Positions 37,182 to 48,327 of a stretch of 64,000 nucleotides of DNA are shown piece by piece; position 1 is the first letter of the stretch, and each line of letters starts with the position of its first letter. A program made the position numbers and the translations under genes. The notes below the pieces were generated by a model that was not told the origin of the DNA, made no database searches, and was given only the letters and a program-made list of their open reading frames with translations. Location: NCBI GenBank assembly GCA_022823235.1, contig JAJDXO010000057.1:23963-87962 (forward strand), in the 5' to 3' direction. Source of the DNA: Rhodospirillales bacterium (GTDB taxonomy: Bacteria > Pseudomonadota > Alphaproteobacteria > Rhodospirillales > UBA2165).

Positions 37182-38440
37182 TCAAGCCGGATTCCGTGAC
37201 TTCAAAACACCATAGACGGGGGACCTGCCGGCTTTGCGGCAGCCGGAATCTGGAACGGGTTCTCTCGCTTACCCCAACCCCGCCCGCAAACGCGTTCGTT
37301 TCCCGCGATGAACTGAGCGCCGAGCAGCACTGCTACCCGCTCGACTTGCATTTTTGCAATGCCTGCGGGCACGTGCAGCTGCTGGATGTCGTCGACCCCG
37401 GGGAACTGTTTTCGAACTACGTCTATGTTTCGGGCACGTCGCCGGTTTTCGTGGAGCACTTTGAAGAATACGCGATGACCGTCACGAGCCAATTTGGCCC
37501 CGTCGACGACCGCCTCGTGGTGGAAATAGGTTCAAATGACGGAACCTTGCTCAGGTTTTTTCGCGACCGGGGGGCGGAGATACTGGGCATCGATCCGGCG
37601 AGGCGGATTGCCGCGCAAGCCAACGCAAACGGCGTCAAGACACTCGCCGAATTCTTCACCCCCGGCCTCGCCCGGGAAATCCGCCGGGAATATGGTGCGG
37701 CAAAAGTCGTCGCGGCCAATAACGTCCTCGCCCACGCGGACGATCTCGCAGCCATCATCGACGGCGTCGCAACGCTGCTGGCGGATGATGGCGTGCTGGT
37801 ATTCGAAGTGTCGTATCTGGCCGATGTCTATCAAAACGTCCTGTTCGACACCATCTACCACGAGCATCTGGACTATCATTCCGTCAAACCGCTCGCGCCG
37901 TTCTTTGATGCCCGCGGTCTGCGCCTGACCCGTGTCGAACGGGTGGCGCCCCATGGCGGCAGCATCCGCTGCTATGTGCAGCCCAAGGCCGCGGCGCCCG
38001 CCATCCATGCGTCGGTCCGCTGGTGCATAACGGCCGAAGAAGATCTTGGTTTGGACCGGGCCGAGACCTTCCGGCAATTCGGAGAGCGGATCACCGGGCT
38101 CGGATCGCGGCTCCGGTCCGAGCTCAAATCCATAAGCGCGGCGGGCAAGACCGTCGCCGCCTACGGCGCCCCGGCCAAGGCGACGACGTTGATGTATCAC
38201 TTTCAACTGAACGCCGCCCAAATCGACTTCATCGTCGACGACAGCGAGTGGAAGCAGGGCTTGTACTCGCCCGGATTGCATATTCCGGTCGTGGCAAGCA
38301 GTGAGATTTACCGGCAGCGTCCGGACTACCTTCTTGTGCTGGCCTGGAACTTCGCCGATCCGATCATAGCCAAGCATCAGGCCTTCCGCGACGCGGGGGG
38401 CACCTTTATCGTGCCGTTGCCGGAAATGAGGTTTATTTGA
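37178..38440 (+). CDS. NDP-sugar C-methyltransferase
   Basis: CRLC...C..C zinc domain, EIGSNDG, FDTIYHEH, HGGSIR, YGAPAKA, LAWNF. Confidence 0.88.
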   Translation: MIKPDSVTSKHHRRGTCRLCGSRNLERVLSLTPTPPANAFVSRDELSAEQHCYPLDLHFCNACGHVQLLDVVDPGELFSNYVYVSGTSPVFVEHFEEYAMTVTSQFGPVDDRLVVEIGSNDGTLLRFFRDRGAEILGIDPARRIAAQANANGVKTLAEFFTPGLAREIRREYGAAKVVAANNVLAHADDLAAIIDGVATLLADDGVLVFEVSYLADVYQNVLFDTIYHEHLDYHSVKPLAPFFDARGLRLTRVERVAPHGGSIRCYVQPKAAAPAIHASVRWCITAEEDLGLDRAETFRQFGERITGLGSRLRSELKSISAAGKTVAAYGAPAKATTLMYHFQLNAAQIDFIVDDSEWKQGLYSPGLHIPVVASSEIYRQRPDYLLVLAWNFADPIIAKHQAFRDAGGTFIVPLPEMRFI

Positions 38441-39504
38441 TCGTGTCCAGTCATCTTCCAGAAACCGATATACGGGAAATCGTCGACCGGCTTGGTCCCG
38501 CCGCCGAGAACTTTTCCGGCAAGACAATTTTGTTGACCGGCGGACGGGGTTTTCTCGGCCGCTATTTCTCGGAGACCTTCAACCGGCTGAACCGGTCGGT
38601 TCTCGAGAAGCCGGCAAATCTCATCATCCTGGACAACCTCATCACCGCGGGCGATGCCGGCCAATCCATGACAGGCGGCGAGCACGTTCAATTGATTCAG
38701 CACGACGTCATCGAGCCTTTCGGGTTCGACGGCCCGATCGACTACGTGATTCACGCCGCCGGTATAGCCAGCCCGTTTTATTACCGGGTCTATCCCCTGG
38801 AAACGCTCGAGGTCGCGATCACCGGCACCCGCAACATGCTGCGGCTCGCCGAAGACAACGGAGCGAGATTTACCTTTTTTTCCTCCAGCGAGATTTACGG
38901 CGACCCCGATCCCAAACATGTTCCCATGGCGGAGAGCTACCGCGGCAACGTCTCCTGCCAGGGGCCCCGCGCCTGCTACGACGAGAGCAAGCGGGTCGGC
39001 GAGACCCTTTGCTACATATTTCACGATATGCACGGCACCGAAACCAACACCATCCGGCCTTTCAACATATTCGGGCCGGGAATGCAGGAGGCGGATTACC
39101 GGGTGTTGCCCAATTTCGCCAGCCGGATCAAAGGCGGACTGCCGTTGAACGTTTACGGATCGGGCAATCAGACACGGACCTTCTGCTACATCACCGACGC
39201 CATGGTCGGCTTCCTGCTGGTCGTCCTCAAGGGTGTGCCCGGCGAGGCGTACAACATCGGGAATCCGGAACCGGAAGTTTCAATCGTCGATTTGGTCAAA
39301 CGATTGCAGAAAGTTCTGGATGTCCCGGTGGAATACAACTTGATCGAATACCCGGACAGTTACCCCACCGATGAACCCATGCGCCGCAGCCCGGATATCC
39401 GGAAGGCGCGGCTCCAGCTCGGCTTCAATCCCGAAGTCGACTTCGACGAGGGGTTGAAGCGTTTCTTCGGATGGACCGATGCCGCTTACTCGGGCAAGAC
39501 ATAG
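38437..39504 (+). CDS. UDP-glucuronate decarboxylase-like extended SDR
   Basis: TGGRGFLG, ASP..Y, SSSEIYGDP, YRGNV...GPRACYDESKR, QTRTFCY. Confidence 0.85.
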   Translation: MIVSSHLPETDIREIVDRLGPAAENFSGKTILLTGGRGFLGRYFSETFNRLNRSVLEKPANLIILDNLITAGDAGQSMTGGEHVQLIQHDVIEPFGFDGPIDYVIHAAGIASPFYYRVYPLETLEVAITGTRNMLRLAEDNGARFTFFSSSEIYGDPDPKHVPMAESYRGNVSCQGPRACYDESKRVGETLCYIFHDMHGTETNTIRPFNIFGPGMQEADYRVLPNFASRIKGGLPLNVYGSGNQTRTFCYITDAMVGFLLVVLKGVPGEAYNIGNPEPEVSIVDLVKRLQKVLDVPVEYNLIEYPDSYPTDEPMRRSPDIRKARLQLGFNPEVDFDEGLKRFFGWTDAAYSGKT

Positions 39505-39636
39505 AACCCGGATGACTCTCCAATTGGCGATATTCGGGCCAACCCCCGCTGAAATACCAAGCCTGTTCCCCGGCCCGGCGGTCCCGGCCGCGCCGCCGGC
39601 CTTTGGCCTGTTTGCCAAACCGGCTATACATTCGCG

Positions 39637-40647
39637 ATGATCGCCACCGGCAGCCTGCTGTTTCTCGCCACCTTCATCGCCGTGCTGGCCGCCACCCGAA
39701 TGTCGATAGGATTGCTCGAACGGCGGCGGATCCTCGATCATCCGACACACCGGTCGAGCCATTCCGTACCGACGCCGCGCGGGGGAGGACTCGCGGTCGT
39801 GCCGGTCATTGTCATCGCATGGATGTCAATTCCGTTGCTTGTGCCGGCGGGGCCGGGCATACGCGATCTGCTTCTCGCTTCCGGCGGCGCGGCCGCGCTT
39901 GCATTTCTTTCGTGGCGCGACGATTTGCGGGGCCTGTCCGTCAAATGGCGTCTTTCGGTCCACGCGCTGGTGGTCGGGCTGGTGGTCGGGTTTGCCTCTT
40001 TCCCCGATCCCTATTTCCAGGGCCTTGCGCCCATTTGGCTGGATCGAATAGCCGCCGCATTGGCGCTGCTCTGGTTTCTCAACCTGTTCAACTTCATGGA
40101 TGGAATCGACGGCATCGCCGGCGTCGAAACCGTGTCCATCGGGCTGGGATGCGCCGTTATCGCCTGGGCAACCGGCCAGCATGCGTGGATCGGCGTGCTG
40201 GGCGTGACCCTCGCCGGAGCGGGTTTCGGCTTCCTGCGCTGGAACTGGCATCCCGCACGGATTTTTCTCGGCGACGTGGGAAGCATTCCCCTTGGATTTC
40301 TGCTCGCGTGGCTGTTATTGGCGCTGGCATCCGAAGGGGCGTGGGCGCCGGCACTGATATTGCCGTTGTATTATCTTGCCGACGCGACGATAACGCTGAT
40401 TTGGAGGGCCGTGCGCGGCGAGCGGGTCTGGCAGCCGCATCGCGATCACTTCTATCAACGGGCAACCCGTCGTGGACGCAGTCATGCCTCGGTCTCTCTA
40501 TTGGTGGCGGGCATCAATCTGGTCCTGGTCGGCCTCGCCGTGGTTGCGCTTGCTCATCCCTGGCCGGCCCTGATCGCGGCCATGGTCATCGTGGCCGTGT
40601 TTCTGGCATTCTTGGATGGCGGTGCAATGAACCGGGCCAGGACATGA
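39637..40647 (+). CDS. MraY/WecA-family initiating phosphoglycosyltransferase
   Basis: RSSHSVPTPRGGG, NLFNFMDGIDG, IFLGDVGS, HRDHFYQ. Confidence 0.9.
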   Translation: MIATGSLLFLATFIAVLAATRMSIGLLERRRILDHPTHRSSHSVPTPRGGGLAVVPVIVIAWMSIPLLVPAGPGIRDLLLASGGAAALAFLSWRDDLRGLSVKWRLSVHALVVGLVVGFASFPDPYFQGLAPIWLDRIAAALALLWFLNLFNFMDGIDGIAGVETVSIGLGCAVIAWATGQHAWIGVLGVTLAGAGFGFLRWNWHPARIFLGDVGSIPLGFLLAWLLLALASEGAWAPALILPLYYLADATITLIWRAVRGERVWQPHRDHFYQRATRRGRSHASVSLLVAGINLVLVGLAVVALAHPWPALIAAMVIVAVFLAFLDGGAMNRART

Positions 40648-40675
40648 TCCGAGAGGTTGGAAGGCTGAAACGAGC

Positions 40676-41395
40676 ATGACAGCGCCACTTGCCGGAAAAC
40701 TGGCCGCCGTAACGGGCGGCACCCGGGGGATCGGCCGCGCGATCGCCGAGAAACTCGGGCGCGACGGCGCACAGGTGATCGTGACGGGACGAACCCCCGG
40801 GGGAGAGGCGCCGGAAGGATGCGAATTCGTCGCCGCCGACTTCGCCGGAACGGAAACGGTGGATGAATTCGCGGATTTTCTGGCCCGGAGGTCGCCGGAT
40901 ATCCTGGTCAACAATGCCGGAATCAACAAAATCGCCAAGTTCGCGGAGATCGAACCCGCGGACTTCAATCGCATCCAGCAGGTAAACGTGAATGCCGTGT
41001 TCCGGTTGTGCCAATCGGTCGTCCCGGAAATGCAGGCGCGGGGGTGGGGCCGGATCGTCAACATCTGTTCCGTGTGGGGCATTGTCGGGAAGGAGCTGCG
41101 CGGGTCATACTCCGCGAGCAAATTCGCGCTCGCCGGCATGACGGCCGCACTGGCGGCGGAGGTCGCCGCCGCGGGCGTGCTGGTAAACTGCGTATCGCCG
41201 GGCGTCATCGAAACGGAAATGACACGGACCGCCATAGACGAACAACAGCTGGCGGACCTTCTTGCCCAGGTGCCGGCGGGGCGATTGGGGCGGCCCGACG
41301 AGGTTGCGGCGCTGGTCGCCTGGCTCGCGGGCCCTCAAAACACCTTCATCGCCGGGCAGAACATCGCGATCGACGGGGGCCTCACCCGTGGCTGA
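40676..41395 (+). CDS. Classical SDR oxidoreductase
   Basis: TGGTRGIG, NNAG, YSASK, VNCVSPG, IDGG. Confidence 0.9.
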   Translation: MTAPLAGKLAAVTGGTRGIGRAIAEKLGRDGAQVIVTGRTPGGEAPEGCEFVAADFAGTETVDEFADFLARRSPDILVNNAGINKIAKFAEIEPADFNRIQQVNVNAVFRLCQSVVPEMQARGWGRIVNICSVWGIVGKELRGSYSASKFALAGMTAALAAEVAAAGVLVNCVSPGVIETEMTRTAIDEQQLADLLAQVPAGRLGRPDEVAALVAWLAGPQNTFIAGQNIAIDGGLTRG

Positions 41396-42461
41396 GCACA
41401 TGACCATCAAGTCGCACAAGGGCGCGTATGAGGTCTATTTCGACAGACGCGCCATCGACCGCCTTAACGGCGACGTTCCGCCGGACATCCATGTCATCAT
41501 CGATTCCGTCGTTGCCGACCTTTATCGGGATCGCCTGTCGAACGTTCTGAACCAGCCGTCGGTGCTGCTTGTCGAGGCGACGGAACACAACAAATCGCTT
41601 GATCGCGTGCCCGACTATGTCGAGCACCTGGTAGAGCATGGATTTCGCCGGAACCACCGGCTCCTTGGAATCGGCGGCGGGATCATCCAGGACATCACTT
41701 GTTTTCTCGCCGCCACGATGATGCGGGGTGTGCAATGGACATTCTATCCGACGACGCTGCTCTCCCAGGCGGACTCCTGCGTGGGGTCGAAGAGTTCGAT
41801 CAATTCCGGCAATGCGAAGAATATCGTCGGCACCTTCACGCCCCCGAACGAAGTCCATATCTCGACGGACTTTCTCGGAACGCTCGACGAACAGGATGTC
41901 CGGTCCGGAGTAGGAGAAATTCTAAAGGTGCATGCCATCGACGGCCCGAAGTCGTTCGACCGGCTGGCCGGGGATTATCCGCGCCTTTTTACCGATCCAG
42001 CGGTAATGGAGCACTATATCAACAGGGCCCTGGAGATTAAGCGCCCCTATGTGGAACAGGACGAGTTCGACACCGGAATTCGCAATATCTTCAACTACGG
42101 CCACTCTTTCGGCCACGCCATCGAAGCGGCGACCGACTTCGGTATTCCTCACGGCATCGCCGTCACCATGGGGATGGATATGGCCAACTTCGTGACCCGG
42201 GAACTGGGCATCGGATCCGGGGCGAGCTATGGCCGAATGCACCCCGCGTTGAGCAGCAATTACGCGGGATTTGAATCTTTCGAGGTTCCACTCGATCCGT
42301 TTCTTGCGGCGATCATGAAGGACAAGAAGAACGTCGGGCGGAACGAGGTTACCATCATCGTTCCGGATCGGAACGAATCCCTGCACAAAGTACGGCGCGC
42401 CTGCGACCAGGATTTCAAAGGCGCCTGCGAAGCCTTTCTCGCGACCGGCCGGACCAATTGA
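41388..42461 (+). CDS. AroB-related sugar-phosphate cyclase (3-dehydroquinate synthase superfamily)
   Basis: GGGIIQD, PTTLLSQADSCVGSKSSIN, KNIVGTF, NYGHSFGHAIE, HGIAV, DKKN. Confidence 0.85.
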   Translation: MAEHMTIKSHKGAYEVYFDRRAIDRLNGDVPPDIHVIIDSVVADLYRDRLSNVLNQPSVLLVEATEHNKSLDRVPDYVEHLVEHGFRRNHRLLGIGGGIIQDITCFLAATMMRGVQWTFYPTTLLSQADSCVGSKSSINSGNAKNIVGTFTPPNEVHISTDFLGTLDEQDVRSGVGEILKVHAIDGPKSFDRLAGDYPRLFTDPAVMEHYINRALEIKRPYVEQDEFDTGIRNIFNYGHSFGHAIEAATDFGIPHGIAVTMGMDMANFVTRELGIGSGASYGRMHPALSSNYAGFESFEVPLDPFLAAIMKDKKNVGRNEVTIIVPDRNESLHKVRRACDQDFKGACEAFLATGRTN

Positions 42462-43711
42462 GAATCCTCTTTCTCACCGAGAATTTTCCTCCGGAGACGA
42501 ACGCCGCCGCGACGCGGGTCTACGAGCGCGCCGTATACTGGGCGCAATGGGGCCACGGCGTCACCGTCATAACCTGCGCGCCCAACTTTCCCCACGGCAA
42601 GCTGTTCGACGGCTACGCCAACCCTTGGCGGCAGGTCGAGGAAATGGACGGCATCCGGGTCGTCCGGGTCAAAACCTACATTGCCGCAAACCGCGGCGTG
42701 GTCCGGCGAACCCTTGATTTCCTGAGTTTCCTGGTGACCGGCACCATCGGCGCGCTCCGCGAGCCGAAGCCGGATGTCGTCACGGCCACGTCGCCCCAGT
42801 TTTTCGCCGCGCTCGCCGGCTGGCTGGTCGGGCTGCTCAGGCGGCGGCCCTTCGTCTTCGAGCTGGGCGACTTGTGGCCGGTGTCCATCGAGGCCGTCGG
42901 CGCAATGAAGCGGGGACCGGCAATCCGGACGTTGGAGAAACTGGAACTGTTTCTATACCGCCGATCAGCCGCCGTCATCGCGCTCACCGACTCATTCAAG
43001 CGCAACCTCACCAGCCGGGGCATCGCGCCCGAAAAGATCGGCGTGGTCATCAACGGCGTCGACGCAAGCCGCTACCAGCCGCGGGACCGCGACCGGGAGC
43101 TTGCCCGGGAATGGGGGTTGGCCGGCAAGTTCGTCATCGGATACGTCGGCACGCACGGCATGGCCCATGGCCTCGGCAATGTCCTGGACGCGGCGGAGCT
43201 TCTGGCGGACGCGGACGGGATCAGGCTGTTTTTCGCCGGGGCCGGGGCCGAACGCGACGCGCTGATCGAGGATGTAAATCGGCGTGGATTGAAGAATGTC
43301 GTGTTCATCCCGCCGCAGCCGAAATCCGAGATGCCGCGAATCTGGAGCCTCTGCGACGTCGCCCTGGTCCACCTGAAAGACAACCCGGTCTTCGCGGGTG
43401 TCATCCCGTCGAAGATTTTCGAGGCGATGGCCATGGGACTGCCCGTCCTGCTCGCCGCCCCCGGCGGTGAAGCCACCGCGATCGTCGAGGGCAATGGTGC
43501 GGGGGTATCCGTGCCCCCCGAAGACCCGGCCGCCCTCGCCGCGGCGGTCAGGCGCCTGGCCGACGACGAACGGGAGCGCGCGGGTCTCGCCCGGGCCGCA
43601 CTGCAGGCCAGCCAACGCTATAGCCGGGAACGGCAGGCCGCCGAGGTGCTGGAGGTTTATCGGACCGTCAGCAAAAGCGGGCCGGACGGGACCGGCGCGG
43701 AGAACCGGTGA
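42458..43711 (+). CDS. GT4 glycosyltransferase (WbuB-like)
   Basis: FPPE, APNFPHG, TSPQFF, DLWP, PSKIFEAMAMG. Confidence 0.9.
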   Translation: MRILFLTENFPPETNAAATRVYERAVYWAQWGHGVTVITCAPNFPHGKLFDGYANPWRQVEEMDGIRVVRVKTYIAANRGVVRRTLDFLSFLVTGTIGALREPKPDVVTATSPQFFAALAGWLVGLLRRRPFVFELGDLWPVSIEAVGAMKRGPAIRTLEKLELFLYRRSAAVIALTDSFKRNLTSRGIAPEKIGVVINGVDASRYQPRDRDRELAREWGLAGKFVIGYVGTHGMAHGLGNVLDAAELLADADGIRLFFAGAGAERDALIEDVNRRGLKNVVFIPPQPKSEMPRIWSLCDVALVHLKDNPVFAGVIPSKIFEAMAMGLPVLLAAPGGEATAIVEGNGAGVSVPPEDPAALAAAVRRLADDERERAGLARAALQASQRYSRERQAAEVLEVYRTVSKSGPDGTGAENR

Positions 43712-44670
43712 GCCGGGTTCTCATCACCGGCGCGTGCGGATTTGTCGGCAGCGCGCTGTGCCGCGAACTGCGCGGCCGGGGACACCTCCTGTCCGGCACC
43801 ACCCGCGACCCGGCGCGCAAGCAAGGGGGCGACGGCACGCCGCTCTATGTCATCCCGGACATGGACGGCGCCACCGACTGGTCCCGGGCGGTCAGCGGTG
43901 CCGACGTCGTCATCCACCTCGCGGCCCGGACCCACATCACCGGTGGCGCGGGCGCCAAGGCGCTCGATCTCTACCGGCAAACCAATGTCGAAGGTTCCCG
44001 CGCTCTCGCCGAGGCGGCAGCCGCGGCGGGCGTCCGGCAGTTCGTATTCCTGAGTTCCATCAAGGCGGCCGGCGAACGAAGCGGCGGGGAGGGTCTCGCC
44101 GAACGGACCGAGCCGGCCCCGGAAGACGCCTACGGCCTGTCCAAGCTGGAAGCCGAAAAAGCCGTCCAAGCGGCGGACGGCGGACGGATGTCATTGACCA
44201 TCCTGCGCCCGCCGCTGATTTACGGGCCGGGCGTGCGGGCAAATTTCCTTCAGCTATTGGACGCCTGCGAGGCCCGGCGGCCGTTGCCGCTGGCCGGAAT
44301 TGAAAATCGGCGAAGCCTGGTTTTTGTCGGCAATCTCGCCCATGCCGTCGCCGAATGCATCGACCGGCCCGAAGCGGCGGAGGGGATTTTTCACATCGCC
44401 GACAGCGAACCGGTATCGACCACCGGCCTGATCCGGGCCATCGGACGCGCGCTCGGCAGGCGGCAGCGGCTGTTTCCGGTCCCGAAAGCGGTTCTTCGGA
44501 TCGGCGGCTCCATCACGGCCCGGCGATCGGCCGTCGACCGTCTCCTGGGGTCGCTGGTCGTTGACGGTTCGCGTTTTCGTTCGGCCCTTGGCTGGACCCC
44601 ACCCTACGATTTCGAGTTGGGCCTGGCCGAGACCGCGGACTGGTACCGCCGTCAAAATACAACGAGTTAG
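43708..44670 (+). CDS. NAD-dependent epimerase/reductase (WbpV/WbpK-like)
   Basis: TGACGFVG, LSSIKA.GE, YGLSK, RPPLIYGPGV.AN, NRRSLV. Confidence 0.88.
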   Translation: MSRVLITGACGFVGSALCRELRGRGHLLSGTTRDPARKQGGDGTPLYVIPDMDGATDWSRAVSGADVVIHLAARTHITGGAGAKALDLYRQTNVEGSRALAEAAAAAGVRQFVFLSSIKAAGERSGGEGLAERTEPAPEDAYGLSKLEAEKAVQAADGGRMSLTILRPPLIYGPGVRANFLQLLDACEARRPLPLAGIENRRSLVFVGNLAHAVAECIDRPEAAEGIFHIADSEPVSTTGLIRAIGRALGRRQRLFPVPKAVLRIGGSITARRSAVDRLLGSLVVDGSRFRSALGWTPPYDFELGLAETADWYRRQNTTS

Positions 44671-44780
44671 ACCCTTCATACGAAGAACGGTTTTACTTTA
44701 GACTCAATGTGTTATGTATCCATTTGCAGTCAGGCGGACGAGCCTGCGAAGACAACCGAAGATCACCCGTTGTCGATAAG

Positions 44781-46679
44781 ATGAAGATCAACCGCGCGCA
44801 TATCGCCTTCGGCCATGACGTCATCATGGCGGCGGCATCTTTTTTTCTGTCGCTGTTCCTGCGTCTCGGCGACGACATCGTCTTCTATGACGGGATGACC
44901 CTCTATCTCAGCGCCGGATTGTTTACCGTCGTTGCCGGCTCGGTGTTCTGGTCGATGCGGATGTATCGGGGCGTCTGGCGCTATGCATCGCTCAACGATC
45001 TGATGCTGATCACCAAATCGGCGACCCTCGCGATTTTGGTCTTCCTGGTCATCATGTTCGTTGCCACCCGGCTGGAAGATCTGCCGCGATCCCTGCCGTT
45101 CATCAATTGGTTCGTCCTGATCGCGCTCTTGGGCGCACCCAGATTCATCTACCGGATTGCAAAGGACGGCCGGTTCGAGCTGCGCCTCGATCCGGCCGCC
45201 GACAGCCGGGTTCCGGTGCTGCTGGCCGGCGCCGGCGACGGCGCAGAAATGTTTATCCGCGCCATGACGCGGCCCGAGGCGAACTACCGGGTGGTCGGCA
45301 TCGTGGCCCGGACACCGGAACGGGTAGGCCGGAATATCCACGACGTCGAGGTTATGGGAACCATCGGCGAACTGGCCGGCGTGCACGCCGCGCTCAAGTC
45401 CCGCGGCCCGGCGCCGCAACGGCTGATCGTCGCCGAGGAAACCTTCGACGGCGAACAGCTGAGCGGCCTCCTGGACCAGGCCGGGGAACTGGGCATGGTG
45501 CTCGCCCGCCTCCCCTCGCTGACCGATTTCCGCCAAGGGATCGAAACCGAGATCGAGGTCCGGCCCGTCGACGTCGAGGATTTGCTCGGCCGGCCCCAAA
45601 CCAGGCTGAACCGGAAGCCCGTGGAAGAGCTGATTTCCGGCAAGCGGGTGCTGATCACCGGGGCCGGGGGAAGTATCGGCGCGGAACTTGTCCGGCAGGT
45701 CTCCGTACTGGGTCCGGCGCACCTGTCGCTGCTCGACAACTCGGAATACAACCTCTTCACCATCGACAGGCAGTTGGCGGAGGCGCATCCCGAACTGTCG
45801 CGGGATGCATCCATCGCAGATGTCCGGGACCGGTCCGCGATCGAACGGCTTTTCACCGAACGCCGGCCGGACATCGTGTTTCATGCCGCGGCGCTGAAGC
45901 ATGTTCCGATGGTCGAGGCCAATCCGCTGGAAGGATTCGCGACAAACGCCATCGGCACGGCCAATGTGCTCGATGCCGGCCGCCGTGCCGGCGTCCGCGT
46001 TTTCGTCCAGATCTCGACCGACAAGGCGGTTAATCCGACCAATGTGATGGGGGCGTCGAAGCGCATCGCCGAGACCTATTGCCAGGCCGCCGACCTGGAG
46101 GCCGCCGACGGGGACCCCGCGGTGGTCACCGTCCGGTTCGGCAACGTCCTCGGCTCCACCGGATCGGTCGTCGAGCTTTTCCGCGGACAATTGGCGCGGG
46201 GCGGCCCGTTGACCGTCACCCACCCGGAAATGCAGCGGTATTTCATGACCGTCCAGGAAGCGGTTGAACTGGTTCTCCAGGCCGCCGCCCTGGGGCCCGG
46301 GGACGGCGCCGGGTCGGGAAAGATATATGTCCTGGACATGGGTGAGCCGGTCCGGATCGTCGATCTCGCCAATCAAATGATCCGGCTTGCGGGATACACG
46401 CCGGGGGAACAGGTGAAGATCGAGTACTGCGGCGTCCGCCCCGGAGAAAAGCTGTTTGAGGAAATCTTCCACGGCGCCGAGCCGCCCGTCCCGACATCCT
46501 GCGAGGGATTGCTGCTGGCCTCTCCCCGCGCCGTTCCGCTGGCGCAGGTCCGCGGCGAACTCGAGAAACTGGAAGAGGCCTGCGGGAACGGCGAACTCGA
46601 GGCCGCGCGGGCGGTGGTCGGCCGGCTGGTTCCGGAATACGCGCCCGCGGCCGCGGAAAACATCGAGGCCGCCCAATAA
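44781..46679 (+). CDS. Membrane-anchored UDP-GlcNAc 4,6-dehydratase (WbpM/PglF/CapD family)
   Basis: Four TM helices, [56 protein letters not shown]. Confidence 0.92.
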   Translation: MKINRAHIAFGHDVIMAAASFFLSLFLRLGDDIVFYDGMTLYLSAGLFTVVAGSVFWSMRMYRGVWRYASLNDLMLITKSATLAILVFLVIMFVATRLEDLPRSLPFINWFVLIALLGAPRFIYRIAKDGRFELRLDPAADSRVPVLLAGAGDGAEMFIRAMTRPEANYRVVGIVARTPERVGRNIHDVEVMGTIGELAGVHAALKSRGPAPQRLIVAEETFDGEQLSGLLDQAGELGMVLARLPSLTDFRQGIETEIEVRPVDVEDLLGRPQTRLNRKPVEELISGKRVLITGAGGSIGAELVRQVSVLGPAHLSLLDNSEYNLFTIDRQLAEAHPELSRDASIADVRDRSAIERLFTERRPDIVFHAAALKHVPMVEANPLEGFATNAIGTANVLDAGRRAGVRVFVQISTDKAVNPTNVMGASKRIAETYCQAADLEAADGDPAVVTVRFGNVLGSTGSVVELFRGQLARGGPLTVTHPEMQRYFMTVQEAVELVLQAAALGPGDGAGSGKIYVLDMGEPVRIVDLANQMIRLAGYTPGEQVKIEYCGVRPGEKLFEEIFHGAEPPVPTSCEGLLLASPRAVPLAQVRGELEKLEEACGNGELEAARAVVGRLVPEYAPAAAENIEAAQ

Positions 46680-46704
46680 TCGGCGTCCCCGGAGTATCGA
46701 TTTC

Positions 46705-48276
46705 ATGACCGAACCCATCCGCCGCGCCCTGCTTTCCGTCTCCGACAAGACGGGGCTCGCCGAGCTGGCAACGGCGCTGTCCGGGGCCGGCGTCGAGATC
46801 CTGTCCACCGGCGGTTCGGCCGAGGCGCTCATCGAGGCCGGCGTGGCGGTGACCGAGGTCGCCGACCATACGGGCGCGCCGGAGATCATGGACGGCCGGG
46901 TAAAGACCCTGCACCCCAAAATCCACGGCGGCCTTCTCGCCCGCCGGGACAACGCCTCCGACCGCCGGGCGATGGATGAACACGGCATCGCGCCCATCGA
47001 TCTTCTGGTGGTCAATCTCTACCCGTTCGAGGAGACGGTCGCCGGTGGCGCCGATTACGCGGCCTGCGTCGAGAACATCGATATCGGCGGACCGGCGATG
47101 ATCCGGGCGGCCGCCAAGAACCACGCCCATGTGACCGTCGTGGTCGATCCGGAGGATTACGGGCGGCTGGTGGACGAAATGGCGGCGAACGGCGGCGCCA
47201 CCACTCTCGAGTTCCGCAAGGCGCTTGCCGCCAAGGCCTACCGCCGGACGGGCGCCTACGACGCCGCCATCGGCCAGTGGTTCGCGGGCGAACTGGACGA
47301 CGGGTTTCCGGAACGGTTGGTGTTCGCCGGCGAACGGGCGCAAATCCTGCGCTACGGCGAAAACCCGCACCAGACCGCGGCCTTCTACCGGGACGGAAGC
47401 GCCCGTCCGGGTGTCGCCACGGCAACCCAACTGCAGGGCAAGGAGCTGAGTTTCAACAATCTGAACGATACGGACGCCGCCTACGAACTGGTCGCCGAGT
47501 TCGACGCAGCCGCCTGCGCCATCGTCAAACACGCCAATCCGTGCGGGGTCGCCGTGGGCGATACGTTGTCCGGCGCCTATGCCCGGGCGCTGGCCTGCGA
47601 CGCCGAAAGCGCCTTCGGCGGCATCATCGCCTTCAACCGGCCCCTCGACGGCGAAACCGCCGAAGAGGCCGCCAGGCTTTTCGCCGAGGTGATTATCGCG
47701 CCGGCGATCGAGCCTGCCGCCGCGGACGTGCTTGCGACCAGGAAGAACCTCCGGGTTCTGGATGCCGGCGGACTGCCCGATGCCGGAAGCGGCGGCATGA
47801 CCGTACGCACCCTCACCGGCGGCTACCTGGTGCAGGGCCGGGACAATGCGCTGACCGGCGACGGCCTCGAGACCGTCACCCGGCGAAAGCCGTCGGAGCG
47901 GGAAATGGCCGACCTGCTTTTCGCCTTCACCGTCGCCAAGCACGTAAAGTCCAACGCCATCGTCTACGCCAGGAACCGGGCCACCGTGGGCGTCGGCGCA
48001 GGGCAGATGAGCCGCGTCAATTCGTCGCGCATCGCCGCCTGGAAGGCCGCCGACGCGGCCAAGACGGCCGGGGACGAGACCTCCTGGGCGGCCGGCTCGG
48101 TGGTTGCCTCGGATGCCTTTTTCCCGTTCGCGGACGGCTTGCTGGCGGCGGCCGAGGCGGGCGCCACGGCGATCATTCAGCCGGGCGGCTCGATCCGCGA
48201 TGACGAGGTGATCGCCGCCGCCGACAACGCCGGGCTCGCCATGGTATTCACCGGCATGCGTCATTTCCGCCATTGA
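46705..48276 (+). CDS. purH: Bifunctional AICAR transformylase/IMP cyclohydrolase
   Basis: [56 protein letters not shown]. Confidence 0.97.
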   Translation: MTEPIRRALLSVSDKTGLAELATALSGAGVEILSTGGSAEALIEAGVAVTEVADHTGAPEIMDGRVKTLHPKIHGGLLARRDNASDRRAMDEHGIAPIDLLVVNLYPFEETVAGGADYAACVENIDIGGPAMIRAAAKNHAHVTVVVDPEDYGRLVDEMAANGGATTLEFRKALAAKAYRRTGAYDAAIGQWFAGELDDGFPERLVFAGERAQILRYGENPHQTAAFYRDGSARPGVATATQLQGKELSFNNLNDTDAAYELVAEFDAAACAIVKHANPCGVAVGDTLSGAYARALACDAESAFGGIIAFNRPLDGETAEEAARLFAEVIIAPAIEPAAADVLATRKNLRVLDAGGLPDAGSGGMTVRTLTGGYLVQGRDNALTGDGLETVTRRKPSEREMADLLFAFTVAKHVKSNAIVYARNRATVGVGAGQMSRVNSSRIAAWKAADAAKTAGDETSWAAGSVVASDAFFPFADGLLAAAEAGATAIIQPGGSIRDDEVIAAADNAGLAMVFTGMRHFRH

Positions 48277-48302
48277 CCGGCCCGAACGCCTGATTGATCG
48301 AG

Positions 48303-48327
48303 AGCCGCCGCCGGGCGGCTTTTTTTT
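48303..48327 (+). terminator. Rho-independent terminator after purH
   Basis: AGCCGCC-gccg-GGCGGCT stem followed by a T run. Confidence 0.85.
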
